A DNA stretch of 64,000 nucleotides from Geosiphon pyriformis uo1. Lineage: Eukaryota; Fungi; Glomeromycota. Shown here in pieces: positions 21,601 to 35,666 of the stretch (position 1 is the stretch's first letter; every line of letters starts with the position of its first letter). The position numbers and the translations under genes were made by a program. Location of the stretch: contig JAAOMT010000661.1 in NCBI GenBank assembly GCA_016748015.1, forward strand, positions 126,411-190,410, given 5' to 3'. Below the pieces are notes generated by a model. The model was given only the letters and a program-made list of their open reading frames with translations. It had not been told where the DNA came from and did no database searches.

Positions 21601-24600
21601 GCCATCCAATTGGTCACCCCAAGATTCTTTAGAGTCAATTGCTTTACAAGAGATTTGGGTTCCAACCAAAGCTTGAATTTCGGGGTCAAAAGCTGAAGCT
21701 GCCATTATCTGTGCCGACCCTTTATTCATTGGATCACTAAAAAGGACAAGTAATGATTCACAGACTAAAATTCGATGAATTTCTTCAACCGCCGTCGATA
21801 AGATTTCTTTAATATTAAATCCGGAACGAATTTTGCTGCTAATAGAGAATAGCAATTGTTTGGTTTCAGCTTGAGAACGTTGTTGAACCACCAATTCATG
21901 GCGAAGATTAGATAATTTAATATTGCTTCGTACACGAGCAATCAGCTCACGAGCATTAAAAGGTTTGATCAAATAATCATCAGCCCCTCGCTCCAATCCT
22001 TAAAATAAAAGTAAAGCATTTTTACAAGCTTAGATACTAGTGCTTTGAAATAAAATTTTTATGAACAAACCTTCGACGCTAGCCTCTTCACCAGCTCGAG
22101 CCGATAAGAGAATCACGGGAATCATTTTAGTTGATGGATCCGAACGTAGAATTTTTAATAACTCAAAGCCATTCATGTTAGGCATCATAATATCTATTTT
22201 TAAGTGTGTAAATAAAATTATCAATTTACATAATCAAGCAAAAATTCAAATTTTAACTATGATATTAACCGCTTAACACAAGATCGGGTTTTATCTCATG
22301 CTTAGTGATAATGTTAAGTGCGTCACGGCCGTCAGTGGCACTTCGCACCTCAAATTCTGTTTTTAAGATGTTACAAAGATAGTTTCTAATCGGAGAGAGA
22401 AATAATTAGTCAATAAAAGCTTTGGCGTTACTGATACATCGAATCATAAAGGATATTCGATATCTTAGGATTCAAATACCTCATATCAGCATTATCATCC
22501 ACAACAAGAACACGTTTAATTCTGTTCGGATCACTTCCGAATTCTTCTAGTAAAAATGGAGATCGAACATCCTTAGCGGCGCCTAACGTTGGTGAAGCGA
22601 TCGATAGAGTCTTCAAATGTTCAATTGTGTTCTTAGCTTCGTGATCGTCTTCCTCAAATTTAGTTTGGAAACCTTGGGAATCATGTTTTTCCGTATTCCA
22701 TTGTTTACATTCCTCCAAATACAAATCGACATTTCTAGAAAACTGATTTTCCCGAAGTGATGGTATCGGATATTTCGCGTTTCCTTCTCTAATACCATTA
22801 ATGTAAACATTTTTCCTAGGCAATTGATCATATCCGGTTGGTATCCATACTCGGAATGTAGTGCCAACATCAACTTCTGAAGTGACACTTATATCTCCTC
22901 CGTGACGAATTGCTAATTCTTTAACTAGAGCAAGACCTATACCTGTGCCTTCATGACTACGGGATTGATGCGACTCAATTCGATAAAACCGTTGAAAAAT
23001 ATTAGGTAGATGCTCTGGGGAAATCCCGACACCTTGAAATTTGAATTAGATGAAGTATTTGTATGAATGGTTAAACTTTATCAAAAATTTATATATATAA
23101 GAATATAGACTTATAAATTGGATAATTTTACCTGTGTCAGTAACTTCTAATATAACAACTTCTCCACATTCCATTTTGTCAGCATAAAGCCGAATGGTAA
23201 CCCCTCCATCCCAGGTATATTTGAAGGCATTTGAACCTAGGTTGACATAGTAGTTTTGTGTGAATATGTATTTTCTATTATCCCAGAAACTTTTTTATCA
23301 AGAGTAAAAAACTTACATAGGTTAAATACAATTTTTTCATACAAATCCAAATCCAAATAGACTTTGTGTTCCAACTGAAGTTGCAGCGTTTCATTGCTGG
23401 GAATGTCTAAAGTAAATGTTAGGCCAAAAGATTTGGCCATGCTCTCAAAGTTGGAGGCCAATTCGGTGGTGACCTTCGCAATATCTGTTTCACAGTAATG
23501 AGCTTCAAGACGACCTGCTTCAATTCGTGAAAACTTTATAGATCGGGAAAGACGTTACATCATGGCCGAATATAATCAAGAGTGATAATTTATTATGTCA
23601 ATAACTAACCTGTAAGAGAGTATTCACTAATTTTAGTAGTCTTCTCGCATTACGTTGAATCATTTTCAAATTGTAAAGAATCGGTGAATCGGGTGCACAT
23701 GAAGAGATTGCATCCTCCAGGGGAGCCAGCATGAGTGTAAGTGGAGCTTTGAAAACCACACATTTTTGGTGTAAGCAATTTTTCAATTGGTGAAAAATCA
23801 ATAAGACACACTCTAATTTTTGAAATTAAAATATTACTTCGCAATTCGTGGCTAATATTTTGGAAAAACATTATCTTTTGACGATTAAGATCGGCTAAAG
23901 TTTCTGCCTGCTTTCTTTCTTCTTCACGTGATCTTCCATTAGTTAGGCTAGAACTGACGTGGCCAACAACGAGCTGGGAAACAAACAAAAAGGATTAATT
24001 TTCAAATTTTATTTTCCCGAAATTCAAGCTTACTGACCTGGCAGAATTCCAAGTATTCTGTGTCTAACGCTCGGCGTACATTAACTCCACATATTAGGAT
24101 TGCGGTTAAAACGGTTTTCCCAGCAAACGATGTTAAAACGGGAAGAAGTATTGCTTGCGATTTGTCAGCAAGTGTGACAAGTACATGTTGGTTTGTTCGA
24201 ATCACTTGCTCAATAGGCCACGATTCAGGAGTGAACGAGGAAAATGATGATTTTGTTAAACTTTCTGTCTGTGTCAACGAGTCTGAAGATTGTAACTGCG
24301 ATTTTTGATCCATCTCATTATTTTTTGATTTTTGAATATCTTTTAAGAAAGCTTCCATCGCATTAGTAACATTTAAAACATGATGTGACTTTGGTAGCTG
24401 ATCAGGTAAATTTCTTGAAGATTTTCCCGTAACAAATATTAATTCTTCGACTCCATCATCACCGGATTGGGTATGTAGATTATCATCAAAAGTGGTAGCA
24501 GTCAAACGAGCCACATAGGTTTGGTTATCTTCGCCTGCTTCATTCTTCCCGATGAGATATATGAGGGCATAGGTGATGTCGGCATTATTATCTCGAAGAG

Positions 24601-25959
24601 CGGCAGTAGCTAAATGACAAGAAGCTTCAACAGATTTTGCACCTGATAAATTTAGATAAAAACGCAGGCATTTTGAGTATTCCATGTTTATTGTACAATC
24701 ATAGAAAAACCAGCAATTCCCTTCACCCTTTTTTTTTTTTTTTACTTACCAGGAGTTCGATTTCCCAACTCGCCCAAAGTTTTTAGACGGCGAGCAGACA
24801 GAACCCTTTGTGTTGTTTCCTGTACTGCGGTGAATACGCCACCAACTGATCCATCTTCCTGGAATACGGGACTAAATGTAAAGGAAAAGTAACATTCCTC
24901 GGTATATCCGTCTCGTAAGAGAAGAAGCATGAGATCGTCATTGAATTGTCCTTGACCCGTTGATACGACTCTAATATAGATCCAAATGTTATGAAAGATG
25001 ATATAAAACTCTTGATTTCTTTTGAATCGAATAAAATAAGATATTAACCCGTCAAAGATAGGCCCTATCACATCCCAGATTTCGGGCCATACCTCCCATG
25101 CTGGTTTACCCAGCGCTAAAAATTAAAATGAAATGGTGAAAATCTTTGAGCATGAAATGGGTAAGGCGAGGAACAAAAGTTAACCAATTATTGAAATAAT
25201 GCTACTTGAGATAATTAAAGACACGGGATCCGTGTAAGGAGATCACATGACTCAAATAGGAATTCCTAAGATGTTGGTATTTTGATTTAACGAATCATTT
25301 AAAGTTTGAATTTCTCACCTTCTGGATGTTTCAATTTTAATATAGGCCGCCACACTAAAAATCACAAAAAGCAAAAAAATCTTAGGAATGATAGCCTTCG
25401 AGAAAATATTTCAGGAATCAGCGGGAAAACTTACTTTGATTATAGATTAACAATTTTTGGGGCCCATAATACAATGCCATTGGGAACACCGAGTGAAGAC
25501 ATAGATCCTGTAATATGAAAAACCCAAAAAGATTGGATCTATAAATATTTGGACTGTAATTGGGGGCATGCGAACAAAAATTCAGAGATTCGAGTCTAAA
25601 GTTGTTTGGAGCCCAGACTAGGCTGAAAAATATTGGGGGGGGGGCGGTTGTTGAATTTAAATAACGTCTAGATATTGGTTGAACTTTATAGCTAGTTGAA
25701 TTTTTGGGATCAAGCCCAAAGGGTATATGAATTTCCCGGGTATCATAATTGAATATGTTGCATATAATTTGGGTTTGGATAAATTTATCTAAACATTCAC
25801 AACACACACCACAGTTGTTCTTAAAGACGTAGTCCATGTACTCATAGCCCCCAGTTGTGTTGTCGACCAGTCAAAAGAGTAGACAAGTTCGGCAACTGGT
25901 ATTTCACCTTCATATGGGTTCAATATTTCCTTGTGAGAAGTGCTTTGACTGAACGACAT
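18626..25959 (-). CDS. Dual hybrid sensor histidine kinase (PAS/GAF-HisKA-HATPase-REC-GAF-HisKA-HATPase-pseudoREC-REC), ~21 exons
   Basis: H-box 1 ISHELR|TPLT, H-box 2 TSH|ELRTPLG, G2 boxes HEGTGIGL and [11 protein letters not shown]1 VVDDN...SDIMMP...KPF and terminal REC VEDN...MDCAMP...KPL. GT-AG junctions link the ORF pieces in frame. Probable ATG at 25959 (MSFSQ...FDWSTTQLG). Confidence 0.9.
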
Positions 25960-26024
25960 GTATTCCTCTGCTATGTTCACGAAAACCAGTCGATGTAAAA
26001 ATGTTTTTTTTTGGATTGATTATA

Positions 26025-26068
<44 letters not shown>
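26025..26068. repeat. (ATG/CAT)n microsatellite just upstream of the histidine kinase start
   Basis: About 14 perfect ATG units. Confidence 0.95.
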
Positions 26069-26069
<1 letters not shown>

Positions 26070-26854
26070 AAGAAGAAGAAAAGAATCAAGAAAGAACAGA
26101 GAATGAGTATGAGTTTTAAAATAGCCTCTGAAAAAATGCCAACAGGCTCTTACAGCTATGTATTATCACGCATTTCTGTTATGACTTGTACACCACGGCA
26201 ACAGAAATTGGTCCCCGGAAATTTGAATAATAACAGATACTGACCACAAAGTAGTTTTGGGTCTGCTTCCAACGGCAAATTCATATTTTTTCTTGGAGTA
26301 GTTGATAAAATGGGTTGGGATATACGGTCGAGAGCGGTCCAGACCGCTTTTTTGTTCATTTTTTAAGTTGATGTTTTCATTGATCTACAATAAGAATAAT
26401 TTTTCTATTGTAAAATTTATTCTTAGATACATAAATGCTAATAAAATATTTATGTGTTTGTATAATGTAATAAAGATATGGTTAGATTTTCTTCATTAAA
26501 TAAATTCTTTCTCCCCTGATCTACTGCAGTTTTACTTACCCATTCCATTTATAGATTAGTTTACAAATTTGGGTTTTTTATGCTATTATTGTCTAGATTC
26601 CGAGTTTTTTTGCTCAATGCCAAATTGGAAAACAGGGATAAAAAAACTGTATATATTCCAAGAGGAAAATTTTTTGAGATTAGGTACAGTTATTTATTTT
26701 GATAAAGCACGAGTTATCGCAAGATGTTTGTGTAATATCTTGTTTGCTTGCTTGTTTATTTGTTTGTCCATTTTGCTTACTTACCCGTTTTGCTTGCTTG
26801 TTTATTTTCTCTATGTAGTTTCAAATTTGTTTATCTCTTATAAAATTCTGTTAG

Positions 26855-26982
26855 TTTGCATTTGATGAGTAATGTCCAGATTATTATTTTTTGCATTTGA
26901 TGAGTAATGTCCAGGTTATTATTTTTTGCATTTGATGAGTAATGCCCAGGTTATTATTTTTTGCATTTGATGAGTAATGCCA
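26855..26982. repeat. 35-bp tandem repeat, ~3.6 copies
   Basis: TTTGCATTTGATGAGTAATGYCCAGRTTATTATTT repeated. Confidence 0.92.
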
Positions 26983-29074
26983 AGTATTTACTTATGTAAA
27001 TAAAAACTCAAAACAAATTAATCCCGAATCAAGGTCGCAAGTTTATTTTATAATTTTCTATTCAGAATAAATATAGATAGATACTGTATTATGATGAAAA
27101 ATGCTTTTTTAAATGAAATTTTTTTTTAAAAATAGTTAATAGATAACTATCCAATTATTATTTTTGAATGATTAGTATATTTTGAACAGAAAAATATCCA
27201 TTATCAATAAATATTCATGGAAAAGATTCAACTTTGACTTTTGTAAAAAATTAATTTATATATTCAAAATTGATTTGACATGTATGATAATTTTTATTTT
27301 TATTTTACTTTGAACTTTTCATTAGGAAAAGATGGCAGCTGCAAACTGGTTTTGATAAAAGTTAATTTTGAAGCTTCATTTGTGATTAAAATTTCAATCT
27401 CTACTTTCTATTATAAAGAATTTTGATCCTCTTTATTTAGCATCAAATGAATGATATGTACTTTTTAAGATATTTTTAAACTAATATTAAACAAAAGTAC
27501 TTTAAAAAAACAGTTTTAAATAAATAAGTGTGCAAACATTACTTGAGACTATTTTAATTTAAAAGGATATATAAAATTATGTAGTTATTTTTTAATAAAT
27601 AATTTTCTGTGGCTTTAGAAAAATGATTTTTGATCTGAATATTGGGCATATAAATATATATAATTTGACAATATTTATCCCTATTAAATGTAAAAAATTC
27701 TCTAACAAGGTTGGAAATATAAAATGAAAATTTGAAAGATATTCTAATCTTTCCAAATGATTTTCTAAAATATGAGATGAAAAATCTTTCAATAATTATA
27801 AGAATCCTTCAATGGCTTGAAATTTTTATGTCTAAAAAAATTTTCAGGTGAAAAACTTATCTTGAAGAATGAAACCTTGTGATTTTAAACCATCAAAAAA
27901 AGGCTAATACCTACATCTTTAATGAAGACACAAAAAATTGTCAAGACATTAAAAAATCCTCTCCCCTCAAATTAATAAATAAAAAATCCTGGAAATCAAT
28001 TTAGCCGTTGTTTTTAAATTTCAAGTTTTAATTATTCTATAAAGTTGAATTTTGAACCCCTCCTAAAATTAAAAAGATATAAATGTGAATATTACGAAAT
28101 ATTCAAGTAAAATGGCTCTTGTAATACATTTGAGTCATTTTAATCAGTTCACAATAATGCGCAAAATTTCGCCAAAAAAATAAAAAATTGAAGAGAAAAT
28201 TTTTAAACGAAAATTTAGTTTGAACATGAAAACGACAAAATTGGTTAATTTAGAATAAGGATTAATTGTAATTGGAAAATCCAAACTTCATCAACGGGAT
28301 AAAATTTGTTAATTAAAAAATCAATAATTTATTGATTTAACGAATACTTAATTCCTTATTATCAAGCATCTCTTATTAAAGAAGGCTATTTCTTGGTAAA
28401 CTTTTTTAATCCTAATTTGAGAACTTTAATGTTAAAAAAAAATGAAGATGAAATAGACGAAGAATTTCTTTTGTATACTAAGTAAAGTTACAAGAATGCC
28501 GAGAAAAATAAATAAATGGGTGGTTAGTTTCAATTTTATGTCTTGGGATAGAAGTATAAACAAGTCATAATAACAGAACAGGACAGGACAGGAGAGGACT
28601 ATAGTTTAACACACGTTGAAAAAATGAAAAAAAAATTTCAGCCAATTTTTAAAACATTAACAATTCACTCGTACCTCAATTTTTAACGAGAAGAATTGAG
28701 AAAACTAATAATATTTACTATTTTGAAATTAAGAAAAAATTTATTTTGTAAATTACATTCTTGAAAAAATTCAAAGAAACCCTAAAACTTGAACAATATT
28801 TTGAAATGTCAAGAATCAAGAAGGCTATCCAGCACTGGTCGCGAGAGACTCAGACTCTCAAACATTTAAAATCTTCAACTAAAATTTTTTCAATAAATTC
28901 ACACAACCAATTAGATATTAATAAAGGAGTGTAGCTTTTGTAGATTATTATTAAATCGAATCAAGGGGGTGTCATATTCAAATAAAATTAGTACTATATT
29001 ACAATAAATCGGCTGAGCTTCTATAAAGAGATTGAACATCAAATATATTAAATCACTGAAAACCATTTTTAAAT

Positions 29075-29599
29075 TCACAAGTGCAAAGCAGGGTTGAAAA
29101 AACGATTTGCTATAGTAGTTTCAAGAAAAACCCCTAATACAAAAAGCTTCAAAAATCCGAATACGACTCCACCAAAAAAGATTTTGTAGTGGCTTATGGT
29201 TATATCTTGATATTCGGCCGATACAATAGGTTGAAATTGGAACCCAACCAAGTTAAGTGTGTATTTGCTACCAGATTTTTGGAGACGGTTCTGAGACTTA
29301 TTATAAATGAGATCAAGTTCTTGGACTAAGAAGATTTCACCTTGTGAAGCCTCGTTAGCGTCATTTTGATTACTAGTAGGAAACTCGAATTCAAAAATTT
29401 CTGAGGATACAAACATTTTGAACAAGCGTAAAAAAGTATGTATAATTTCTCTATCATCAATCATGTTAGATTTTATGATAATTATGTTTGATTCTGGGGT
29501 TATTTTAATTTCAAGAAAGTTTGAAAAGTCCATCCCATGGTCTGAGAAGCATCTTTTCAATACATCTTGAAGGTTATTAGCGCCTCGAACGATTTGCAT
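29075..29599 (-). CDS. Hypothetical 174-aa protein, possible C-terminal membrane anchor
   Basis: ATG-initiated intronless ORF in AT-rich DNA, TATA-rich upstream (29665-29683), hydrophobic IFFGGVVFGFLKLFVLGVFL near the C-terminus. Confidence 0.5.
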   Translation of the reverse strand: MQIVRGANNLQDVLKRCFSDHGMDFSNFLEIKITPESNIIIIKSNMIDDREIIHTFLRLFKMFVSSEIFEFEFPTSNQNDANEASQGEIFLVQELDLIYNKSQNRLQKSGSKYTLNLVGFQFQPIVSAEYQDITISHYKIFFGGVVFGFLKLFVLGVFLETTIANRFFNPALHL

Positions 29600-31149
29600 T
29601 TTTATAATGTGAAATATGTTATAGTTTTGAACTTTTTTGAATTTTTTTAAAAAGCTATTGAACCTCTATATATATATATATATGATTTTTAATGAATGAA
29701 AGTGAAAATACAGACGGAAAAAAATATCCGCTAAGATGAATATATAAATTGCCAAACTTGTTTTTAAGGTTTACAAATGGAACTATCAAGAAATCACCTT
29801 CATTTAAACACTTCCATATTTCATATTGGTGATACGATTACATGACACATGATACCTGTTATTTATAACAACTAAAATGAACTTTTTCATAAGCTTTCTA
29901 AATATTAATCTAATTCAGCAAGAATTCATTTTCCTCAATAATTAGCAAATGAGTATATATGCACGAAAATTTCTGTATCATAAAAATCGAAAATGAAATC
30001 TGGGACAGTCAATTCATTCATGGAATTTCTTTCTTCCATCGAGTCATTATGATGCAAAAATTAATTTCAAATTTATACGACACAAGCATTTGACGAAATA
30101 TAAGTTTAAAATTCTAAAATTTTAATTAAAAAATTTAGGATGGTCATCAAAATTATTTATGAACACAATCGTGACCAATATTATCATACAATCGCTAAGA
30201 ATCTCTTTTGCAGCAGCAGCAGCAAAATTTTAAATATATCGGACTTTGATGCCTGTCACGTCACATGACTCACTTGGGCTCACGAACACCAAAATTGGTG
30301 ATCAAGAAAAATAGAAGGATTGCTTTTTTCAGGTGAAAGTATTTTCCAGGAGACATTATTTCCATCTTTTATTTTCTAAAAATTTGATTTAGTTTTTATA
30401 AAGTATATTATCATAATTTTTTTTATCAAGTTCAAACTCCAAAATAATTTTTTGCTAGATTTTTATTTTCTTAGTCATGATTGATTTTCAAAATTCGATA
30501 TTTAAATGAACGTTTTTATTAAATTGTTTATAACATAATTAATTACTGAACTTGATGCTACAATAAATTTTAATTACGAGAAATCTCTCCAAAGAATTTC
30601 TATATAGGAAAATTAAAATTATATGATTTAGTTTCCGTCTCAAAGAAAAAATTCAAACTTAAAAGGTCTAGTCGAAAATTTTTGAATTTGAACAATTTTT
30701 TTTGTCCAGTTAGGCAACTTGTCTGCTGAGAAGTTTTGTCAACGACTTCAATAATACTAAAATTTAGGACGGGAGCTACCTTCTCATAAGCTATCTTTAA
30801 TAAAAAGAGACATCTATATTGAATAAAACTCCTTTCATTCTCTATTGCTTGGAAAGAAAAATAAACAAACTATTTTAGATATCTAAACTATTTTTTACAA
30901 ATTCATAATTTATTAGAAATATAAAGTTTATAATTAAACGCTAAAAATTATGCTATTACTTAATTTTTAATATAAAGAGAAAATGATTAAAATCAGAAAA
31001 AATGGCCATTAAATAATATTAACATTGGATAATTTTCTCCACTCTATAGAATTGTTGCAAAAAGCATATCAACAGATATAAGAAGACATTGTTTTTATAT
31101 TGTAATCATAAAATTAGAAATAAGATTGTGTTGGAAGCTATTCAGTTTA

Positions 31150-31320
31150 TCTGGAAAACAGCTTCATTCATTGACGCTTTATGTGTGCTTCACAGACCAG
31201 AATAATTTTCTTCGTCCCGAAAACTGCCAAACTTTTAATGTTGATTGGTTTAAACGAAATATGCTTTCCTTTGAAAATATAGCTTGATTTCAATCAAAAT
31301 CTTTATGATTTTTTCCCTAT
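31150..31320 (-). pseudogene. Short Tc1-like transposase relic
   Basis: Minus strand reads HKDFD*NQAIFSKESIFRLNQ...KVWQFSGRRKLF, resembling the DW..VIFSDES motif. Confidence 0.45.
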
Positions 31321-31850
31321 TGTAAACGGTTTTTTTGTGTTTGATGTTGAATAAAGGTTTGGAAAGTTTACCTATATATTTACCCTCACGTGAATGTGTC
31401 TACACTAATTTTAACCTTTTGTTTTTTCCTTTCCCGTTGTATATCAGTGGCGGTTAGATTAATTATTTTTTTTGCAAGTTGTACAATTTTGTCATCTTGC
31501 TTTGGGGGTTGTGATTCGATTTTGTCAGTTTTAGTTGGTCACTTAGTTCTTTTGTTTCCTCTCATTTTTTAAACTAATAAAGGGCTGTAGCTTCAAGTCC
31601 AAGTAGCTTCTTTGGCTTTTGAGCTTTAGGGATTGAACCTTCCCGCGGGGTCGTTCCCTTAGCTTGAGTTAGCACTAAAGAAGGAAATTTACATCCGAAT
31701 TTACAACGGCAGCAATTAGTGATCGATAATATGGATGGTGAAAATGAGAATGCTGGCGTAGCAGCTGTTGTCGCAATTGAAATTATAGAGGTTGATATTG
31801 AAGGAGAAATTGTAGATGTTGTTATAAAAACAGTTGTTACTGGCTACTCT

Positions 31851-31931
31851 TTAGGCTGACCATTTCTTTGGACTACCATTTAGTAACATAATATTAGCTG
31901 CTGTCCGGTGTCCAAAAAGTGGAGAATTATG

Positions 31932-31995
<64 letters not shown>

Positions 31996-32017
31996 GGATG
32001 ATTATCAGGAGGATTAC

Positions 32018-32052
<35 letters not shown>

Positions 32053-32291
32053 GTTGTGTTTGGATTGGTTGGAATCAAAACTGGTTCGAATCCTTGTGGA
32101 ATGAAGTAAAAATTTCCCTTTTTTTGTTCATACAAACTTATAAGCTTATAAATAGACATCATTTCAAAGGTAGGGGCCTTTATATTAGAAGAACACCAGG
32201 TAGAATCCAACGAATTCTTACTCGATGATGAAGTTTTGTTATTATTACTATTATTATTGGTTGACTCCGAAATATTTTTTAAAATTGTCAT
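31851..32291 (-). other. Possible gene or pseudogene disrupted by (AAT)/(TAT) microsatellites
   Basis: 146-aa ORF with a plausible N-terminal part (KAPTFEMMSIYKL...FYFIPQGFEPVLIP) running into poly-N and poly-Y tracts. S/T-rich coding-like sequence continues past the stop. Confidence 0.35.
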
Positions 32292-33989
32292 ATATTCATT
32301 TTGTCAATTGCTTTTTGCAATAATGTAACGATAAGCTTTGAACTAGGTGAAAGAAAGCGAAAATAAGCAAAGAGAATGAATGATGGGGTGTGAAGTAATA
32401 TTGAGTTTACCAAGGTCTGTTATGATGATTATAATGATGACGACAACGATGATGCTAATGAAAAAGGTGTCGCGGAGTCTGCCAGAGAAAAATTATTAAA
32501 GAATTTCTTTTTGCAAATGGAAGTGCGAAAAGCTATTCTTTTTATCGACCTTGGTCTGGTAGTACAAATTTCATGTGTTGAAATAGAAATGATCATCTTT
32601 ATATTAGGTTATTTTAAAATTATAATGTCTTGTGAATATTTTTATATAATAAAAAGCTACTTGCATTGTCTGACAGATATTCGAAAACAGGAATTTGAAA
32701 TAATATATATAGACTTCTATTAAACTAAAAAAAAATTTTTTTTTATAATAATAATAAGTTAAACCGATTTCTTAATATTTGATTTTCTTTCTGCTATGAA
32801 GCTTTTCCCTTTTATTTTAATTATATATCATTTCAAGGCAATTAAAAGGCGGGTTTTTAGTTTAGTATTATTGATAGGTAAAGGAAAAAATGAAGTATTT
32901 ACAAGAATTTTTTAATTTGTGGAACTGAAGATTTAATGCATTAACAAGTTATATGCATAGGATCTTTATCACCTCTCATAAATTATGGTTTTTTCAGAAA
33001 TTTTGAATAAAGTGGCCTTTTTGAGATAAATTTGCCATTTGAATTTGTAAATCAAAATATTAATAAATTAAAGTAGTCTATTACTATTTTCCATTCCATT
33101 TTTGATTTTTTCTAGTCTTTACTCACCAAAAAATAAATTAATATATTTACAAAAAAAATTTTTTTTTTGCAGGACAGTCTATAATCTCTTGTAATATGAG
33201 AGATGAACTAATATTTTTTTTTTCAATAAATTTTTTTTCTCTTGTCTTCCATTTCTAGCAAATTTTTTTTTTTTAAAGAAGATGAACGAGATTTAAAAGA
33301 TTTACCAAAATTCTTTTTTGATTTTGGTTCACAATCTTTTAATGATAAACGCCGAAAAGGAAGCATATCGAACACATCAATTATTAAAGGAATTTTCGAA
33401 ATTATTTATTTCAAAACTAATTTGGCTAGAAACAGTTTTTTGAATTATGAATTTGGTGTTAGTCTTTGAAATTATCTGCGCATTTAAAATTCATAAAAAT
33501 ATGTTTTTTGATGAAGGAGATAAAATTTATCATTTCTTATAATGCATATTCACTCCTAATTTTCAGTAGATTCTAAAACTATTTGTTCAATTGTTATTAT
33601 TATTAGAAGAAAATTATAGGCTTAGTAGGACACCCCGTTTCCCGTATAGACCATTCAAATTTAAGCCTAACTTAAATAATGATTCATGATTGAACAACTG
33701 AAATATCAAGGGCCTAAAATATTTTTGGGAATCTAAATTTTTAAATGAAAGACGGGCTAAACTAAGTTTCATGTACTGGGAATTTTATAATTACTTGTAG
33801 CCTTTTTTTCAAAGTATAATTTGATCATACTATTATTCTATTGTATACGGTGTGTGTGACAAAAAAAAACAAACTTTGCAAATCGATCACAGTTCCACGA
33901 AGATCACAGGAATCATATGATTAAATATGTTTTAGAAAGGCCAAAAGCCATTGATTTTATTTTTATAAAATTTAATATTTCATATATCA

Positions 33990-34330
33990 TCATATTTTGG
34001 TATAGATCCAGACTACACGACGGCCAGTCAATAACTTTGGGCAAATTTTCCATAAGAAACACCTTAGCTACTCGATTTATATGCTCGGGATCATTATCCT
34101 ATTGAAAACGCCACTTCTTCCCAAGTATTCCATTGTACTAATGTTTAATTGTGTTTGGGAACAGTTGAATGCTCTTTCATCCAAAAAAAAGTTTTTTCCA
34201 TTTATCATTAAGATAAAATTTGGTCCATTCAACACGTTTTTGCTTTTGAACTTGGATGAGCATTGCCGTAGTAATTTGTAGGTTTTTCATATATCCAAAT
34301 AATTTTAAATATTGGCAAATTGTGTGATAT
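33990..34330 (-). pseudogene. Degenerate Tc1 transposase
   Basis: Minus strand: QKQKRVEWTKFYLNDKW and KWRFQ*DNDPEH...LPKVIDWPSCSLDL. Confidence 0.75.
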
Positions 34331-34699
34331 GAAATGTTTACTTCTTCTGTATCTAGTTTAGTAGAAATTTTTCGCAGAGACGAAAATTTTTATGAACACA
34401 TTGATCTACTATCTTGGGTAGCTTAGTGATTACTTAATTTTGTGACCCTCACTTCAAGAGGAGATCAACTTTTGCTTTGTTACCGACAGATTCATAAACA
34501 AAGCCGCAAATTAATTCCGAGTGGAAATGAAGTCTATTACATAGGCTTTTGTTTTATTTGTAGTAACTTTTGCCTGTTGATCGTCAAATTTTTTTGTTAC
34601 ACAACGCATATTTGTCCAAAGGCATGTTATTACAACTTTGAGCAATTTCATGAACATATTAATTTACAAACGGCCTTAATTTTAGAATTATGTGGTTCT

Positions 34700-34870
34700 T
34701 TGTGAATAGCATATGGGCTATTAATGGAAAAAGTCTGGGATAAAGACCAACCGCCTCCGTTTAAAATAAATGAAATTTTTAGCAATGTATTACCGATTTT
34801 TTGTAAAAAGTCTTTACCGACACTCACAGCCCAAGAGTTTACTATAGCTGAGGAGATAAGTTAATTGAAA
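34700..34870 (+). pseudogene. C-terminal relic of a TKL-type protein kinase
   Basis: LMEKVWDKDQPP, plus nucleotide similarity of 34768-34858 to 52848-52940 in the kinase pseudogene. Confidence 0.45.
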
Positions 34871-35666
34871 AGCTGAAAGTTCATCCTCAATTTATTTATA
34901 CTAATCAACCCTTATATTTCTCAGAAGTGAAGAGTACTATAATAAAATCATGAAAATAATTTGAAAACCAATTTAGATTTTGTATCCTAGAAAAATATTT
35001 ACAATTCACAGTTTTTGCTAAAATGAAAAAAATTTAGAACAAATGCTAATTTTATATTTCTCCACTGTTCTGTTTTATTTTATTCTTTGTATCATAATAA
35101 TGGCTTTTGCAAGAATTTTGAAATAATTTTTATTGACATCCAAATGATGAAAATAACATATATTTTTTTTCTTAAACTTTATGATATTTTTTACAAAAAA
35201 GAGTTTAATTTTTTGCTTAAAAGTTATTGAATTTATAAATTTATATTAGATTAGGCATTTTCAAGTTTCTGGCAAAGGCATTTTGAAAGATTATATCATA
35301 TTTTTAGATAAAAATTAATTTAAAGTTTTTATATCTTTAATAAAATGTAGAGTTGTTTAAGGGATTAAAAATTACACTGAATCAAATAATAATAGATGGA
35401 AGATACAAAATAGTAAAAGCATTAGAAACAGGTTTTAACGAATATAAAACGTCTCAATTGCGCTATAAATTTGAATCAAAAATAGGTCTAATAATTTACT
35501 ATTCAAAAATATATTAAATTAATTACGTATAATGAAAATTCCTAATCCTTAAACAAAGTCTGGGTTTAACTCTTATTTTATTTTTATTCTTATTCTTAAA
35601 TTTTAAAAATATGAAGCATAGAATCTTAAATGGATATTATAGAATGAGAATATAAAGTTTACTCAA

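Noticed and set aside
26001-26243. Poly-Met ORF
   Set aside because: Translation of an (ATG)n microsatellite on the strand opposite the kinase 5' region.
26855-26982. CRISPR-like appearance of the 35-bp (and 57-, 120-bp) repeats
   Set aside because: Head-to-tail units with no unique spacers, no cas genes, eukaryotic context.
31908-32228. Poly-Ile ORF
   Set aside because: Microsatellite translation with no other coding signal.
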